DNA of 64,000 bases, taken from contig NW_027266265.1 in assembly GCF_022045235.1 (NCBI RefSeq), positions 51,708,001 to 51,772,000 on the forward strand, read 5' to 3'. Shown here piece after piece: positions 1 to 11,588 of this stretch. The notes beneath the pieces are model-generated. The model did not search any database and had not been told where the DNA came from. It was given only the letters and a program-made list of their open reading frames with translations. Numbering within the stretch: the first letter of the stretch is position 1; each line of letters opens with the position of its first letter. The stretch comes from Haliotis cracherodii (taxonomy: Eukaryota). A program made the translations under genes and the position numbers.

Positions 1-51
1 GGGCGTGAATGTGACATGTCCAGTGATATATATGGATGTCAGATATCATAC

Positions 52-3000
52 CTTGCAACCTCCAGTGAAGCCTGACGAGAAGCCGGCGACATATCTCATG
101 ATGCAGGGTGTGAGGTAGGCATCGGCACACGCTGAGGAGAAACGTAGAAGGTCATCAGCAACATGTATCTGCATCAGTCAACACAGATACACACTGGGAC
201 ATTTCATACTATTGACAGCAACATAGGGGCATCGGTGGCCAAGTCGTTTCAGGCGACGTAATTCGTTGAGCAGAGTTGTCTCCCTTGGGCACGTCAGAAA
301 CCTATGATTGTGGGTTTGAATCACAGTTTGCTCCGATTAGGCTAAAATAATAATAATCTTGGTTCTCAGGCACTGCCCACATCATCACAAAGTTCATTGC
401 ACAATTCGTTTTTGTTTCCATTATAAATTTTTTGTGTGCATTGTTTAAGAATTAGGATTTTTTTGATTTTTTTGAAAATGAAAATAAAAACAAAACGTGC
501 GGCAGACTTTATGATGATGTGGATGGTGCCTGAGAACCAAGACTATTATTTTTTTTAGTCTTATGTTTCTAGGTTTGTCAGCACCATACCCTTGATCGTG
601 GGTTTCACAAAAGTGGTAAAGGTCTCAGACCTGCATCACTTCGGGCTTTTCTCCCACATTAAGCTGATATGACATGATATAAGTGGAATATCGTTCAAAG
701 TGCGTTAAACCCTAATTACTGACTCACTCACAGATATATATTTGGGGAGTAACCAACAAACTACAAGGAATTACAGATTATCTGTCCCCAGTGAATAAAC
801 GGTCTGAGCCATGGTCTCATGTCACTGCTTTGTGATATGTTGTTACGAACAAACATTAGCGTCACATCATCGGAGCAACTGGTTCACTTTGACTTTCATA
901 CATATTTCTTTTTGTATAATGATAAACACGACTCCCAGGTTTTGGTTGACACAGTAAAACCTGAGGGACGCTGGCCCGAGCTCACAAGACTTAGGGTGTT
1001 AGCGCAAAGTTTTATTAGCCAAGTCACTGCTGCCTGACGGTTTTACTATGGAGAAGGAGAGTTTTATCTAACTTATGAACAGTCGCAAAAACATTTATTT
1101 ATATATATTTGTTTACTATCATGTATAAAAGAGTGGTAAGGGTCAAAAGAAATGATTGTAAACTATATCTGGCCAGTAAATATACATGGTACCTTCTAAT
1201 GAACCACCTTGAAACAGATCTGATGTCTAGTAGTTAGAGTGCCTGACTACTGACCTAGAGGTTGTGGTTAATGGTACCTTCTAATGAACCACCTTCCAAC
1301 AGTTCTGATGTCTGGTAGTTAGAGTGCATGACTACTGACCTAGAGGTTGTGGGTTCGATTTGCATCACCGCTAATGAAAAAGTTTCAACTCTTGTCTTAC
1401 ATTTTACGACATTGGATGTCCAAACTACATCTGCTGCTAAACTCATTAGGAAAATATAAAACCTCACGCCCGGTCTTACTAGGAACAAGTAAAACCAAAC
1501 TCAAGTAAAACCTCCTGAGACTCGTTGAAGGTTATTACAAAGAAACAAGTAAACGTCCAAAACAATGGTGAATGTCTGTGATAGGTTTAAAATGATCAGG
1601 AATTGTGTATTCATGTTTGTTGTTAAACCCTGCACTTATCAATAAGCTAAATATATTCATATAGGAGCAATGCCTCACATCGTCGGAGTCAATGGTGATG
1701 TATTTTGTCACCTGTTTTCGCAAGCATAGGTAACTGGGGACATTAATAACCCTGGCTCCCCACAGGCCAGTAAATCTGTCATACTTTGTAGCTAACTATT
1801 ATCAGAGTATTATTATGTGTAAGACATTTAGCTCACTATTCTCTGAGTAGTATAATGTATAACTCCTTGTAGCTCACTATTCTCTGAGTATCATTATCCT
1901 TAATACAATGTAGCTCACTATTGTCTGAGTATTATAAGCTACAATAATACTTTGTAGCACACTATTCTCCGAGTATTGTAAACTATAATACTTTGTAGCT
2001 CACTATTCTCTGAGTATTCTAAACTATAATTCTTTGTAGCACACTATTCTCTGAGTATTATTAACTACAATACTTTGTAGTTCACTATTCTCTGAGTATT
2101 CTAAACTACAATACTTTGTAGCACACTATTCTCTGAGTATTATAAACTATAATACTTTGTAGCTCACTATTCTCTGAGTATTGTAAACTATAATACTTTG
2201 TAGCACACTATTCTCCGAGTATTGTAAACTATAATACTTTGTAGCACACTATTCTCCGAGTATTGTAAACTATAATACTTTGTAGCTAACTATTCTCTGA
2301 GTATTCTAAACTATGATACTTTGTAGATCACTATTCTCTGAGTATTCTAAACTATAATACTTTGTAGCACACTATTCTCCGAGTATTGTAAACTATAATA
2401 CTTTGTAGCACACTATTCTCCGAGTATTGTAAACTATAATACTTTGTAGCTAACTATTCTCTGAGTATTCTAAACTATAATACTTTGTAGCACACTATTC
2501 TCTGAGTATTGTAAACTATAATTCTTTGTAGCACACTATTCTCTGAGTATTCTAAACCATAATACTTTGTAGCTCAACATTCTTTCAGTATTACATTTTG
2601 TTCTGTCTGCGTGTCTGGTTCTGTCTGGGTGTCTGGTTCTCTGGTTCTGTCTGGGTGTCTGGTTCTCTGGTTCTGTCTGGGTGTCTGGTTCTGTCTGGGT
2701 GTCTGGTTCTCTGGTTCTGTCTGGGTGTCTGGTTCTCTGGTTCTGTCTGGGTGTCTGGGTGTAACAGGGAAAGTCAATATACCCACCAGTAAATCCACGG
2801 GGCACCATCCTCACCATCGGCATGACGTCCGAGGACAGAGACACGTGGGTGAAACCCATCTCCCTGGCCAGTTGCCCAACCTGCCTCTCATGGAGGTCGC
2901 AGCTGAAGAATATATTCAACAGGTGTACAAACATGTGTCCCAAGATGCTGACTTGTTAGGCAAGTGTGTGAGTGAGATCTTGAAATGTTTACCACTTGGG

Positions 3001-6000
3001 TGAAACAAACACAGATATGGTTTTGACAAACCTAACCCCCAAAAATAAACATTGCTAATCTGGGATTCATGCCAATGAATTTAATTTGTTCACTCACTCT
3101 TTTCGAAAAATACACTCTTGATAAGAAACACATTTTTTTTAATTTCATGATCAGATACAGCTGATGAGGTTAACAGAGGCAAGATTAATATATTCACTGA
3201 CCCATCACCACCAACCCACCAACATACTCAGTCACCCACTCACTCCATCTACTCACTCACTCACTCCAACTACTCACTTACTCATTCACTCCAACCACTC
3301 ACTAACTCCAACCACTCACTTCCTCACTCACTCCAACCACTCACTCACTCACTCCAACCACTCACTCACTCCAACCACTCACTTGCTCACTCACTCCAAC
3401 TTCTCACTCACTCACTCACTCACTCCAACTTCTCACTCACTCACTCACTCACTCCAACCACTCACTCACTTACTCACTCACTCACTCCAACCACTCACTC
3501 CAACCACTCACTTGCTCACTCACTTCAACCACTCACTCACTCACTCACTCACTCCAACTACTCACTCACTCACTCCAACCACTCACTCACTTACTCACTC
3601 ACTCCAACCACTCACTTGCTCACTCACTCCAACCACTCACTCACTCACTCCAACTACTCACTTACTCACCCACTCACTCACTCCAACCACTCACTCACTC
3701 ACTCCAGCTACTCACCCACTCACTCACTCACCCACTCACTCACTGCAACTACTCACGTGTAGGAGTGCATGAACACGACTGCGAGACTCTTGATCCCCTT
3801 GTTTAGCAGTTCCTGGAGATCAGCTTTAAGTTTACCCACATTCACCTCCTCCCAGATCTCCAGCTACAGGAGGAAAAGTGAAATTGTTATGTTGTTTTTT
3901 AGGATATGAAATCAAATCACAGTAGGATACAATGTACAGCTACACACATGGTATAAAGGCCGGAAATTCAACTTGGGTCTTGAATGTGATGAGAGAAAGC
4001 TCTATCCACAAGGCAACTTCACCATCATATCAAATAAAAGACAAAAAAACCATGGTTAATAATAACAATATTGAGCAACTTGACGTCAGCTCAGGAAAGA
4101 TATCAGACACAATTCAGTTATCATTATTAAAACAGTCCCCTGACCTCCTCGCCTGTGGTCCCGGTGACCTTGTGACATGACCTGTCCAGCTGACACACGT
4201 CCTGCTGCAGGACCAGCCTCTCCTCCACCTCCACCACCTCCTCATACAGCTTGTCCGGCATCACGATTTTCTGGAGACACGCCAGACTTTTCGTCACACA
4301 CCAGACATATCATGGCACTGGACACAGAGTTACAAATAAGCTGCGTATATGCATAAAATACCTCCCAAAACTATTCAAAACCCAATTACTTTCAATTAAC
4401 TTGCGTACAGAAATGCATGCATTAAATGGAAAACTCAATCTTTGAAAACGGCACGCGTAAATATCCAATGAGGCCTTTTCAGCATTTGTACAACATGTTA
4501 CGCTTGTTAACTGCTGGTTAAATTATTTAAAGTAAAGAGTAACACGCTTCTCGACTGGATGCTGTTTAATCAACAATCATACTAGGGAGGCAACTATGTC
4601 CGCTCTAGATATAACGCTTCACAACAGAGCTTATTTCTGAAAAAACATTTTTAACCCGAGATGGAACTTGTCATGGAAATTGTAAAAAAAAAGAAGAGTT
4701 TGGAACCTAAGTCCATCTTGTTGCCATGGATAGTAAAAAAAAAGAAAAATTCTAAAATTTCTAAATAGCAAAAGGCACCAGTTCAGCATGTGCCTGACGA
4801 ACGTGAAAAGTTTCATGAAAAAATATTGAACTGTTTATGAGTTATGCTCCAGAAACGAACCCTACCCTCACAGAACCTAAGTCCATCTTGTTGCCATGTT
4901 AACGTAAAAAATAAAAATTTCTAAAATTTCTAAATAGCAAAAGGCACCAGTTCAGCATGTACCTGACAAACGTGAAAAATTCGTGAAAAAATATTGAACG
5001 GTTTATGAGTTATGCTCCGGAAACGAACCCTACCCTCACAGAGCCTAAGTCCATCTTGTTGCCATGGTAACGTAAAAAATAAAATTTTCTAAAATTTCTG
5101 AATAGCAAAAGGCACCAGTTCAGCATGTACCTGACAGACCTGCAATGTTTGATGAAAGAATATTGAACGGTTTATGAGTTATGCTCCGGAAACGAACCCT
5201 ACCCTCACAGAACCTAAGTCCATCCTGTTGCCATGGAAACGTAAAAAATAAAAATTTCTAAAACTTCTAAATAGCAAAAGGCACCAGTTCAGCATGTACC
5301 TGACAAACTTGCAAAGTTTGATGAAACAATATTGAATGGTTTATGAGTTATACTCCGGAAACGAAACGTGACGGACGGACGGACGGAGCCCGTTTCTATA
5401 TCCCCGCCAACTTTGTTGGGCGGGGGATAATGATTTACCAGATCAAATATGTGTGGCCGTGACTGGTTGCCGATATGAAGCAGATCCCTGAAGCCCTTGG
5501 TGATGACGAGTGCCATCCTCTCCCCCTTCCTCTCCAGCAGGGCGTTGGTCGCTACTGTTGTCCCCATCCGTATCCAGTCTATCAGAGACGTGTCTATTGG
5601 GTCGGCTGCAGGACATGGCTTTCTGGTATACTGGAATACATTCATAACTGTGTAAACAATATTGTCATTCTTTAGGTAACAAAAATGGAATCTGAGGGCC
5701 CAGGTGAGCTAAAAAACACAATGTCCTGAGGTGTAATTCAATATATCGACAAAAATGTACCATATGCAGAGCTCCAGATAACATTTTGAGCAATTGAGTT
5801 GGTACTCCAGGGTTTCTATTTTAATTGGGTTATTACATTTTTCGTTGGGTAACCAATATTATTTTGCTCATCTATTCATAACTCTATTGGGGGGCACGGG
5901 TGGCCCAGTCGTCTAAGGCGCCGCGATTCGCTGTGCAGAGTTGCGTCCCTTAGACACGCCAGAAACCTATGATTGTGGGTTCGAATCCCGGTTCGCCCTG

Positions 6001-9000
6001 ATTATGTTTCTAGGTTTGTCAGCACTATACACGTGCTCGTGGGTTTCACCGAAGTGGTAAACGTCTGAGACCTGCATCAGTTCGGGCTTTCCTCCCACAT
6101 TAAGCTGACACACCGTGATATAACTGGAATAATGTTAAAAGCGGCGTTAAACCCAACTCACTCACTCATCACTCTATTGGGTTTTTCCAAAAATTAGTGA
6201 ACATTCTAAAATTTAAAAAAATGAAATAATGTTTCAGATGTATATAACTGTTCTAAATATATAGGCTTGACTCGGAAAGTAAATTAGCTCGTAATTGTGT
6301 TACTGAAATTAGCTCCTTTGTACGCATGCTGAAATAGCTTAATTGGGTATTTACACATGCTGTTCTTATAAATGTAAGTTTTTCATTTAATGCATGCGCT
6401 GCTGTACGCAAGTTAATTGAAAGTAATTGGGTTTTGAATATTTTAGGGGGATATTTTACGCAAATACGCTGCTTATCTGTAGCTCTGTATATGATACTCA
6501 TTGAACATTTTGAAAGTAGGTCACTGTGGCATTCTACCATCATAAGATTGTCCAGAGCTCCAGGTAAGCTTTTGGTGTTGTGGGTATTTTACCCATGCAT
6601 TTTAAAATCATTGGGTATCAGTAATTCTATCTGGGTATTCAAATTTCTGTTACCCACTAGTGGGTATCTAAGTTAAATATTTAACAACACTATTCATCTA
6701 GTCCCTGCAAACTGGTGTCGTGTATGTTCCAGAGCTTTAAAGGACTCAAAAATACCACGATACTTCCACAAGAAAATGTGATGGCAAATGATCATGATGT
6801 AACTGTCATGGTGGGGTTTGGCAAGGTTGACAGAATGCCCGTTTATAATTTCAAAATAAGTTGCTGATTTGCTAATCGAATACGCAGGGTTACTTCACAA
6901 TATTTTGATGATACGCACAAGTTTTATTTTTGTAGCGTATCTGTAATGTTCGTTGCATATTTGATACGCTTGGATTTTGTTTTACTGCGTATTTCTGCAT
7001 TTCTGATGCGTATTTTACTCAGATACACAGCTTATCTGGAGCTCTGTTGTCATCAAGTGTCACACATAAGAACTGAAGAACTTTTTAAGCACTAGAATTA
7101 ACCATCAGGCTTAAAACTATCTAGCATATTAGAGAACCATACTTCATGAATTACCTTCAATATGTGACCGTATCTTAATTACATTAGGTAATTCACAACC
7201 TTTCCATGTTGGCAGCCTGCCCAAAGAATAACACATAACAAGTTTCATTGGCCAGCTGTTGTCATACTATAGATATTCCATGAGTTATTGTACATACAAT
7301 TTTTTCGTCTAGTTTAACCTTGAGGATATACCTTGACATGATTGATCAATGAGTCAAAAAATAAGTCCCAGGGCTATAAAAGAGACATACTTGATATCAT
7401 ATCATTAACATGCCCATTGCATGATCAAACTCATGACAAATACATATATTCGATGACTGGGGCTGCGTAAATATCAGTAAACCTCCATCATAATATTTTA
7501 ATTTTAACATGTAAGTAGTATAGTACAGAACCCTAGTATTCGGAAGTGGTTCTGGGCATGTGCGAAGAGGGCATGCTGGGTTATGCGTGAGCATCCAAGT
7601 TGGCAGCACTTCTGGTTTCGAGAGGCATGCGCCTCCAAGATGGCGGTACGTCCAGTTCCTGCTACGTCCCCCACAGGAGGAAAGGTTACAGAAGGTGTTA
7701 AGATACATATAGTAGAATCAGGGACGACGTTGTCACCATTAGAGGAGTGGGTCGAATGGTTGACTCATGCACCATCAGAGTGGATTGAATCATTCACTCG
7801 TGCTGACAACAAGTTCAAGCCAGACCCAGAACACCACAAGACACCATGCTACAACTGTAGCTACTTTGGCTGTTGGCCGCCATGCAGCTACTACTGACTC
7901 CAACGGCCAAAGTAGCTAGGATGACGTTTCCGTTCCTGGTTCCATTCCCCTTCCCATTCCAGATCCAGCTTTTCAGGGCCACCAAACTCTCCCGAAAGAA
8001 CACTTTCATTATTGCTTTGCCAACAAACACAAAAAAAGAACCCTCCTCCTCCTCCCTTGTCCTCTCTCTGCTTGCCAACACCCTGATGTCCATGATAGCT
8101 TTACTTGCTTCAGTGGAGGATTTTACCCTCTTGGAGTCGCACGCCTCCCGGAACCGTACGTACCGCCATCTTGGATGCGCACACCTCTCGGAATCAGAAC
8201 TGCCGCCATCTTGGAGGTGCACGCATTACCCAGCATGCCCTCTTCGCGCAAGCGCAGAACCACTTCCGGATACTAGGGTTCTGTACTATACTACTCTTGT
8301 AACTTGCTATCATGAGGTATTAAAATTATTACTTATGTTGAATTGTCTAAATGATTTTTTATCATTGAACATGCATATTTAACTTTAGTTCAATTAACAT
8401 AAGGAAGAGAATATATGGATGTCAACTTCTTTATTATGAGGAACACAACGTTTCAGAGTATAAGCTTACTCCTTCATCAGGTGAACGATGATGAAGCAGT
8501 AAGCATATACTCCAAAACGTTGTGTTCCTCAAAATAAAGAAGTTGACATCCATATATTCTCTACCTTATGTGAATCACTTCTAAATGCCTTTCAAAGACC
8601 AGTTCAATTAACATTCAACAATTTCAGAAACACTAAACTTATCTGTATGTATTTACAGTCCGTTTGATTCCATCTGAGACCGATGAATTCTCACTAACTC
8701 AAAATCTAATAATTTAAAAAAAAACAAAATGTGCACAGCGACATGAATTGTACAGACCAACTCTGATGGTTTGTCTCATAATTTTTGACACCCGAATAAA
8801 AAATTGTTGAAACGATCATCATTTTGTTGACATTTTTCGCCATCCCATACCAGGGAGGACCAGTCGCTCATGCAACAGCCAGGTAATGAACAAGCATGTG
8901 CACCGTACATGGGGGTCATCTCAAAAGCCGTTTTGGGTGTTCAATCGGAGTCACTGTTGCAGGTTTCTGAAGCAGTGACAGTGCATTTGGAATCAGTGTT

Positions 9001-11588
9001 GCTGTTGTCCGAATCGCTATCGCCGCTGTCCGAGTCTACCCTGATGATCACTGGCTTGATTGTGGCATGGTCGAATCCACTATGATCTTAATGTCTCTCT
9101 ATTTCATTCTCAACTTTCTCAACACACTTTTGCCACGTTTCCTGCATCATGGTGTCTATTGATTGTTGAACCAGTTTCTGTACATCCGGCAGTTTGAATG
9201 TTGTTTTTTGCCTCGCAACATCCGATTTAATGATACCCCAAATTAGTTCTATTGGGTTTAAATCGCAATGTTATGGCAATCGCAAAACTGAATGGCCATG
9301 GTCTTTAAGATACTCGTCAACTTTAAAGACAGGTGTGGTTTTATAAGACTTTATAATATCATACAGAACAGGTTTCGAAGCTTTTTGTGGATACGGTATT
9401 GCTTTGTGTGTCAACCATTCTATCATATCGCCCTTCCTACTGTTAGACGTTGGGGCTTTTGTGTTAGGTACCTAAACGCCATGATATGGAGCATTGTCCA
9501 TGACAACCAGACTCTTGGGCGGCAATACCGGTACCAGTTGAGTATTAATCCATTCTAGGAATACCGCTCCGTTCATTTTGGTATGATAGTCTCGGTTGTC
9601 TTTAGATTTTGCCTTGAAGACTAGCGAACAGCTTGGTAGGAATCCCCGACTCTTGCAGCCAGCATGGAGCACAATAAGCCGCTCACCCTTGCCAAGTGGC
9701 AGTTTCCTGGCACAGAAATCAGAAGAGGAGCTAGGGAACCATTGTGTTCCTGTGGTATGGAAAGCGTTTACCCACGTTTTGTCCAAGTATACAGGCTCAT
9801 AACCCTCATAAGGTTTTTCACGTATTGTGCGTAGGAAATGGTTCCTTAGTCGAACAATATCAGACCTCTCGCATAATGCATGTCTATTTTCGGAGCCTAC
9901 TTTGTTTAAACGGAAACCAAATTGGTGTAGCAATTGCCATAACTGATATTTTGAAATGGTCAAAGAATGATTTGTCTCCATATATTTTTTAAGAGTACGG
10001 AGAGAGACACAGATATTTTGTTTATACAGAGTCTTAATGGCGTTTCTAACCATCTCTTGTTGAAATGAATCGATTTTAACACATCGCTTGGGTTTAGAGA
10101 TGGTCCCTTAAGGTGTGTCACTGCAGGTTGAATCAGTACACTTTTTTAACTTAGTTTTTAACTTCCCTTCTGTTATCCAACTGGACGTGCAGTTCGTAAA
10201 CGATTCTTTTTCAAAGCATATTGTGGTCTACCTCTTTCACATTCATTTTTAAAAAATTTATAGACAGTGCAAATATTTGACTTGGCGTCGAGTGATGTTC
10301 TCATTGTTTCAGGTATAGCAATCACGCATCTATGGTTTGCTCAGCAAGCCTTACGTCACTTTCGCACATGAAACTCGCCCACCTGGCTGTTCTGAGCGAC
10401 TGGTCCTCCCTGGTATGGGATAGTGAAAAATGTCGACAATATGATGATCGTTTGTTGAACAATTTTTTTATTCAGTTGTGCAAAATTTTGGTTTGGCTAC
10501 AATTATTAGATTTTGAGTTAGTGAGCAATTCATCAGTCTCAAATGGAATCAAACGGACTGTAGGTATGTATAGATTTTCATAAGACACATAAAACAAACT
10601 AAAATCATTTGTAATGACGGTTACATCTCATGTACATCTGTTTATGCTTACGCACAAATACTTTGTGATAGGTTCCTACCTGACAGCAGCTGTTGCAATA
10701 TGAAACGACATATTTTGACAAAATTACTGAAAGGCTATCATAACAGCATTTATAAGGCCAATTACATTGCTCATTGACATATTGATGTATAACTTGTCTC
10801 TTTAATATGTCAAAGCTATAGCTGTAACAGCTGGTTTATTTGCAGTATCGATTATTTTGTGTAATTAATGATAAAGTGAAGAGGAAAAGCAGAGATGTCT
10901 TTTCTGTTAGACTTGTTCATAGCATGTCATCGATCTCAACTGCGTAGATCGATGTTCATAATGTCAATCACTGGATTGGCTGGTCCAGACTTGATTATTT
11001 TACAGACCACCGTCATATAGATGGAATATTGCTGAGTGTGGCGTTAAACAACAAACAAACAAACAAAAACATAGCTGTGTTCTTGCCAGTGTTTGTAGAG
11101 TTACAAAGCTGATCTTTTTCGTGCCTCAAGGCTCAACTTTTCATGAACTTTTCATGCTTAAAACACCATTTAACCTTAAATGGGCCCCATCTGCTTCATA
11201 CACGTATTTCAGCATTCGTCTTCTAACACAATCAATGATGTACATAAATGTGGACATTATGAAACGTCTTTAAATCTAGAGGGTCAATACATCTTATTGC
11301 TCTAAATTTATTTGTTCACCAATTCAACTCAACACCCTTAATTTAAACATATGTGAACAGCACGACACATCCCCAAACGAGCCTCAATAAGTTTTGGACC
11401 ATAGTCACCTCTTCTAGGATGCGCCTGATGCCTTCCCTTGGTGCGTCATCGTAATTGGCGGGGTCCTCCGACAGCAGCTTCAACACCCGAATCTCATTAT
11501 TCGGGCATCGGGCCCAGACGTCAGTGAAAGTGCCCCCACGATCAATGGCAAATTGGAACAGTGACGACATTGATACTTCGTCAGCCAT
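52..11588 (-). CDS. OPLAH: 5-oxoprolinase (ATP-hydrolysing), 5' part; the gene continues beyond the left edge of the window
   Basis: Phase-consistent GT-AG exons: 11588-11409 ([23 protein letters not shown]...[11 protein letters not shown]), 5630-5439 ([41 protein letters not shown]), 4270-4145 ([14 protein letters not shown]), 3863-3757 ([13 protein letters not shown]), 2902-2787 ([20 protein letters not shown]), 131-52 (ACADAYLTP). These are hallmark hydantoinase/oxoprolinase motifs. Confidence 0.96.
226..730 (+). mobile_element. SINE family C copy interrupted by a MITE
   Basis: Collinear with 5892-6170 once 340-563 is removed. Confidence 0.85.
340..560. mobile_element. Tourist/PIF-Harbinger-like MITE nested in a SINE
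   Basis: Long TIRs (GGCTAAAA..TCTTGGTTCTCAGGCAC / GTGCCTGAGAACCAAGA..TTTTAGTC) with a TTA TSD at 337-339 and 561-563. It interrupts SINE family C at GATTA|TGTTTC. Confidence 0.8.
1186..1352. repeat. 85-bp tandem duplication
   Basis: ATGGTACCTTCTAATGAACCACC...TGACCTAGAGGTTGTGG at 1186 and 1271. Confidence 0.85.
1780..2595. repeat. Minisatellite, ~41-bp unit, about 19 copies
   Basis: Unit ATACTTTGTAGCWCACTATTCTCYGAGTATTSTAAACTATA. Confidence 0.95.
2600..2760. repeat. Minisatellite with 18/26-bp units
   Basis: TCTGTCTGGGTGTCTGGT(TCTCTGGT) repeats. Confidence 0.95.
3225..3756. repeat. Compound (ACTC)n / CCAACC low-complexity array
   Basis: About 530 bp of ACTC runs punctuated by CCAACC. It abuts an OPLAH exon donor. 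Confidence 0.95.
4582..5430 (+). mobile_element. Helentron-associated non-autonomous element (HINE/pearl-like) with an internal ~169-bp tandem array
   Basis: About 3.9 units, with CCTAAGTCCATC anchors at 4706, 4876, 5044 and 5213. These are followed by a (GACG)n tract and the terminal hairpin ATCCCCGCCAACTTTGTTGGGCGGGGGATAA. The 5' boundary is approximate. Confidence 0.7.
5767..6487. mobile_element. Non-autonomous DNA element with CAGAGCTCCAGATAA termini, carrying a SINE C insertion
   Basis: Termini CAGAGCTCCAGATAA...CTTATCTGTAGCTCTG. A related inverted fragment lies at about 4325-4480. Confidence 0.6.
5892..6170 (+). mobile_element. SINE family C (tRNA-derived head with long A-B box spacing, ~280 bp), representative copy
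   Basis: TGGCCCAGTCGTCTAAGGCG...GGGTTCGAATCCC, (ACTC)n tail, TSD ACTCTATTGGG. A partial copy lies at 30635-30850(-). Confidence 0.88.
6553..7046. mobile_element. Non-autonomous DNA element of the same TIR family
   Basis: CAGAGCTCCAGGTAAGC...GCTTATCTGGAGCTCTG flanked by a TTGTC direct repeat (5 bp). Confidence 0.65.
7514..8295. mobile_element. Non-autonomous Polinton/Maverick-like element (782 bp)
   Basis: Termini AGTAGTATAGTACAGAACCCTAGTA...TACTAGGGTTCTGTACTATACTACT, imperfect TIRs of about 150 bp, and 6-bp flanks CATGTA / CTTGTA. Confidence 0.75.
8401..8600. mobile_element. Penelope-like (PLE) terminal fragment in an inverted arrangement, with a hammerhead-like core
   Basis: 14-bp TSD AGTTCAATTAACAT (8387-8400 and 8601-8614). 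Inverted arms of about 80 bp. The minus strand reads CTGATGA-AGGAGTAAGCTTATACTCT-GAAACGTTG...AATAAA. Confidence 0.7.
8656..10560 (-). mobile_element. IS630-Tc1-mariner DNA transposon with DD82E spacing (Sailor-type), decayed
   Basis: Imperfect TIRs of about 200 bp beginning CAGTCCGTTTGATTCCAT, flanked by TA on both sides (8654-55 and 10561-62), with an internal transposase remnant. Confidence 0.9.
8941..10304 (-). pseudogene. DDE (DDE_3-like) transposase pseudogene
   Basis: Motifs [33 protein letters not shown] and [14 protein letters not shown]. In-frame stops at 9474-9472, 9273-9271 and about 9090, and the 5' part is disrupted. Confidence 0.88.

Noticed and set aside
2536-3003. Overlapping repetitive ORFs (TQTEP / VWFCLG repeats)
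   Set aside because: Only 2902-2787 is a real OPLAH exon. The rest is minisatellite read-through.
3164-3772. 202-aa His/Thr/Leu-rich ORF
   Set aside because: It is the translation of the (ACTC)n array on the antisense strand of an OPLAH intron.
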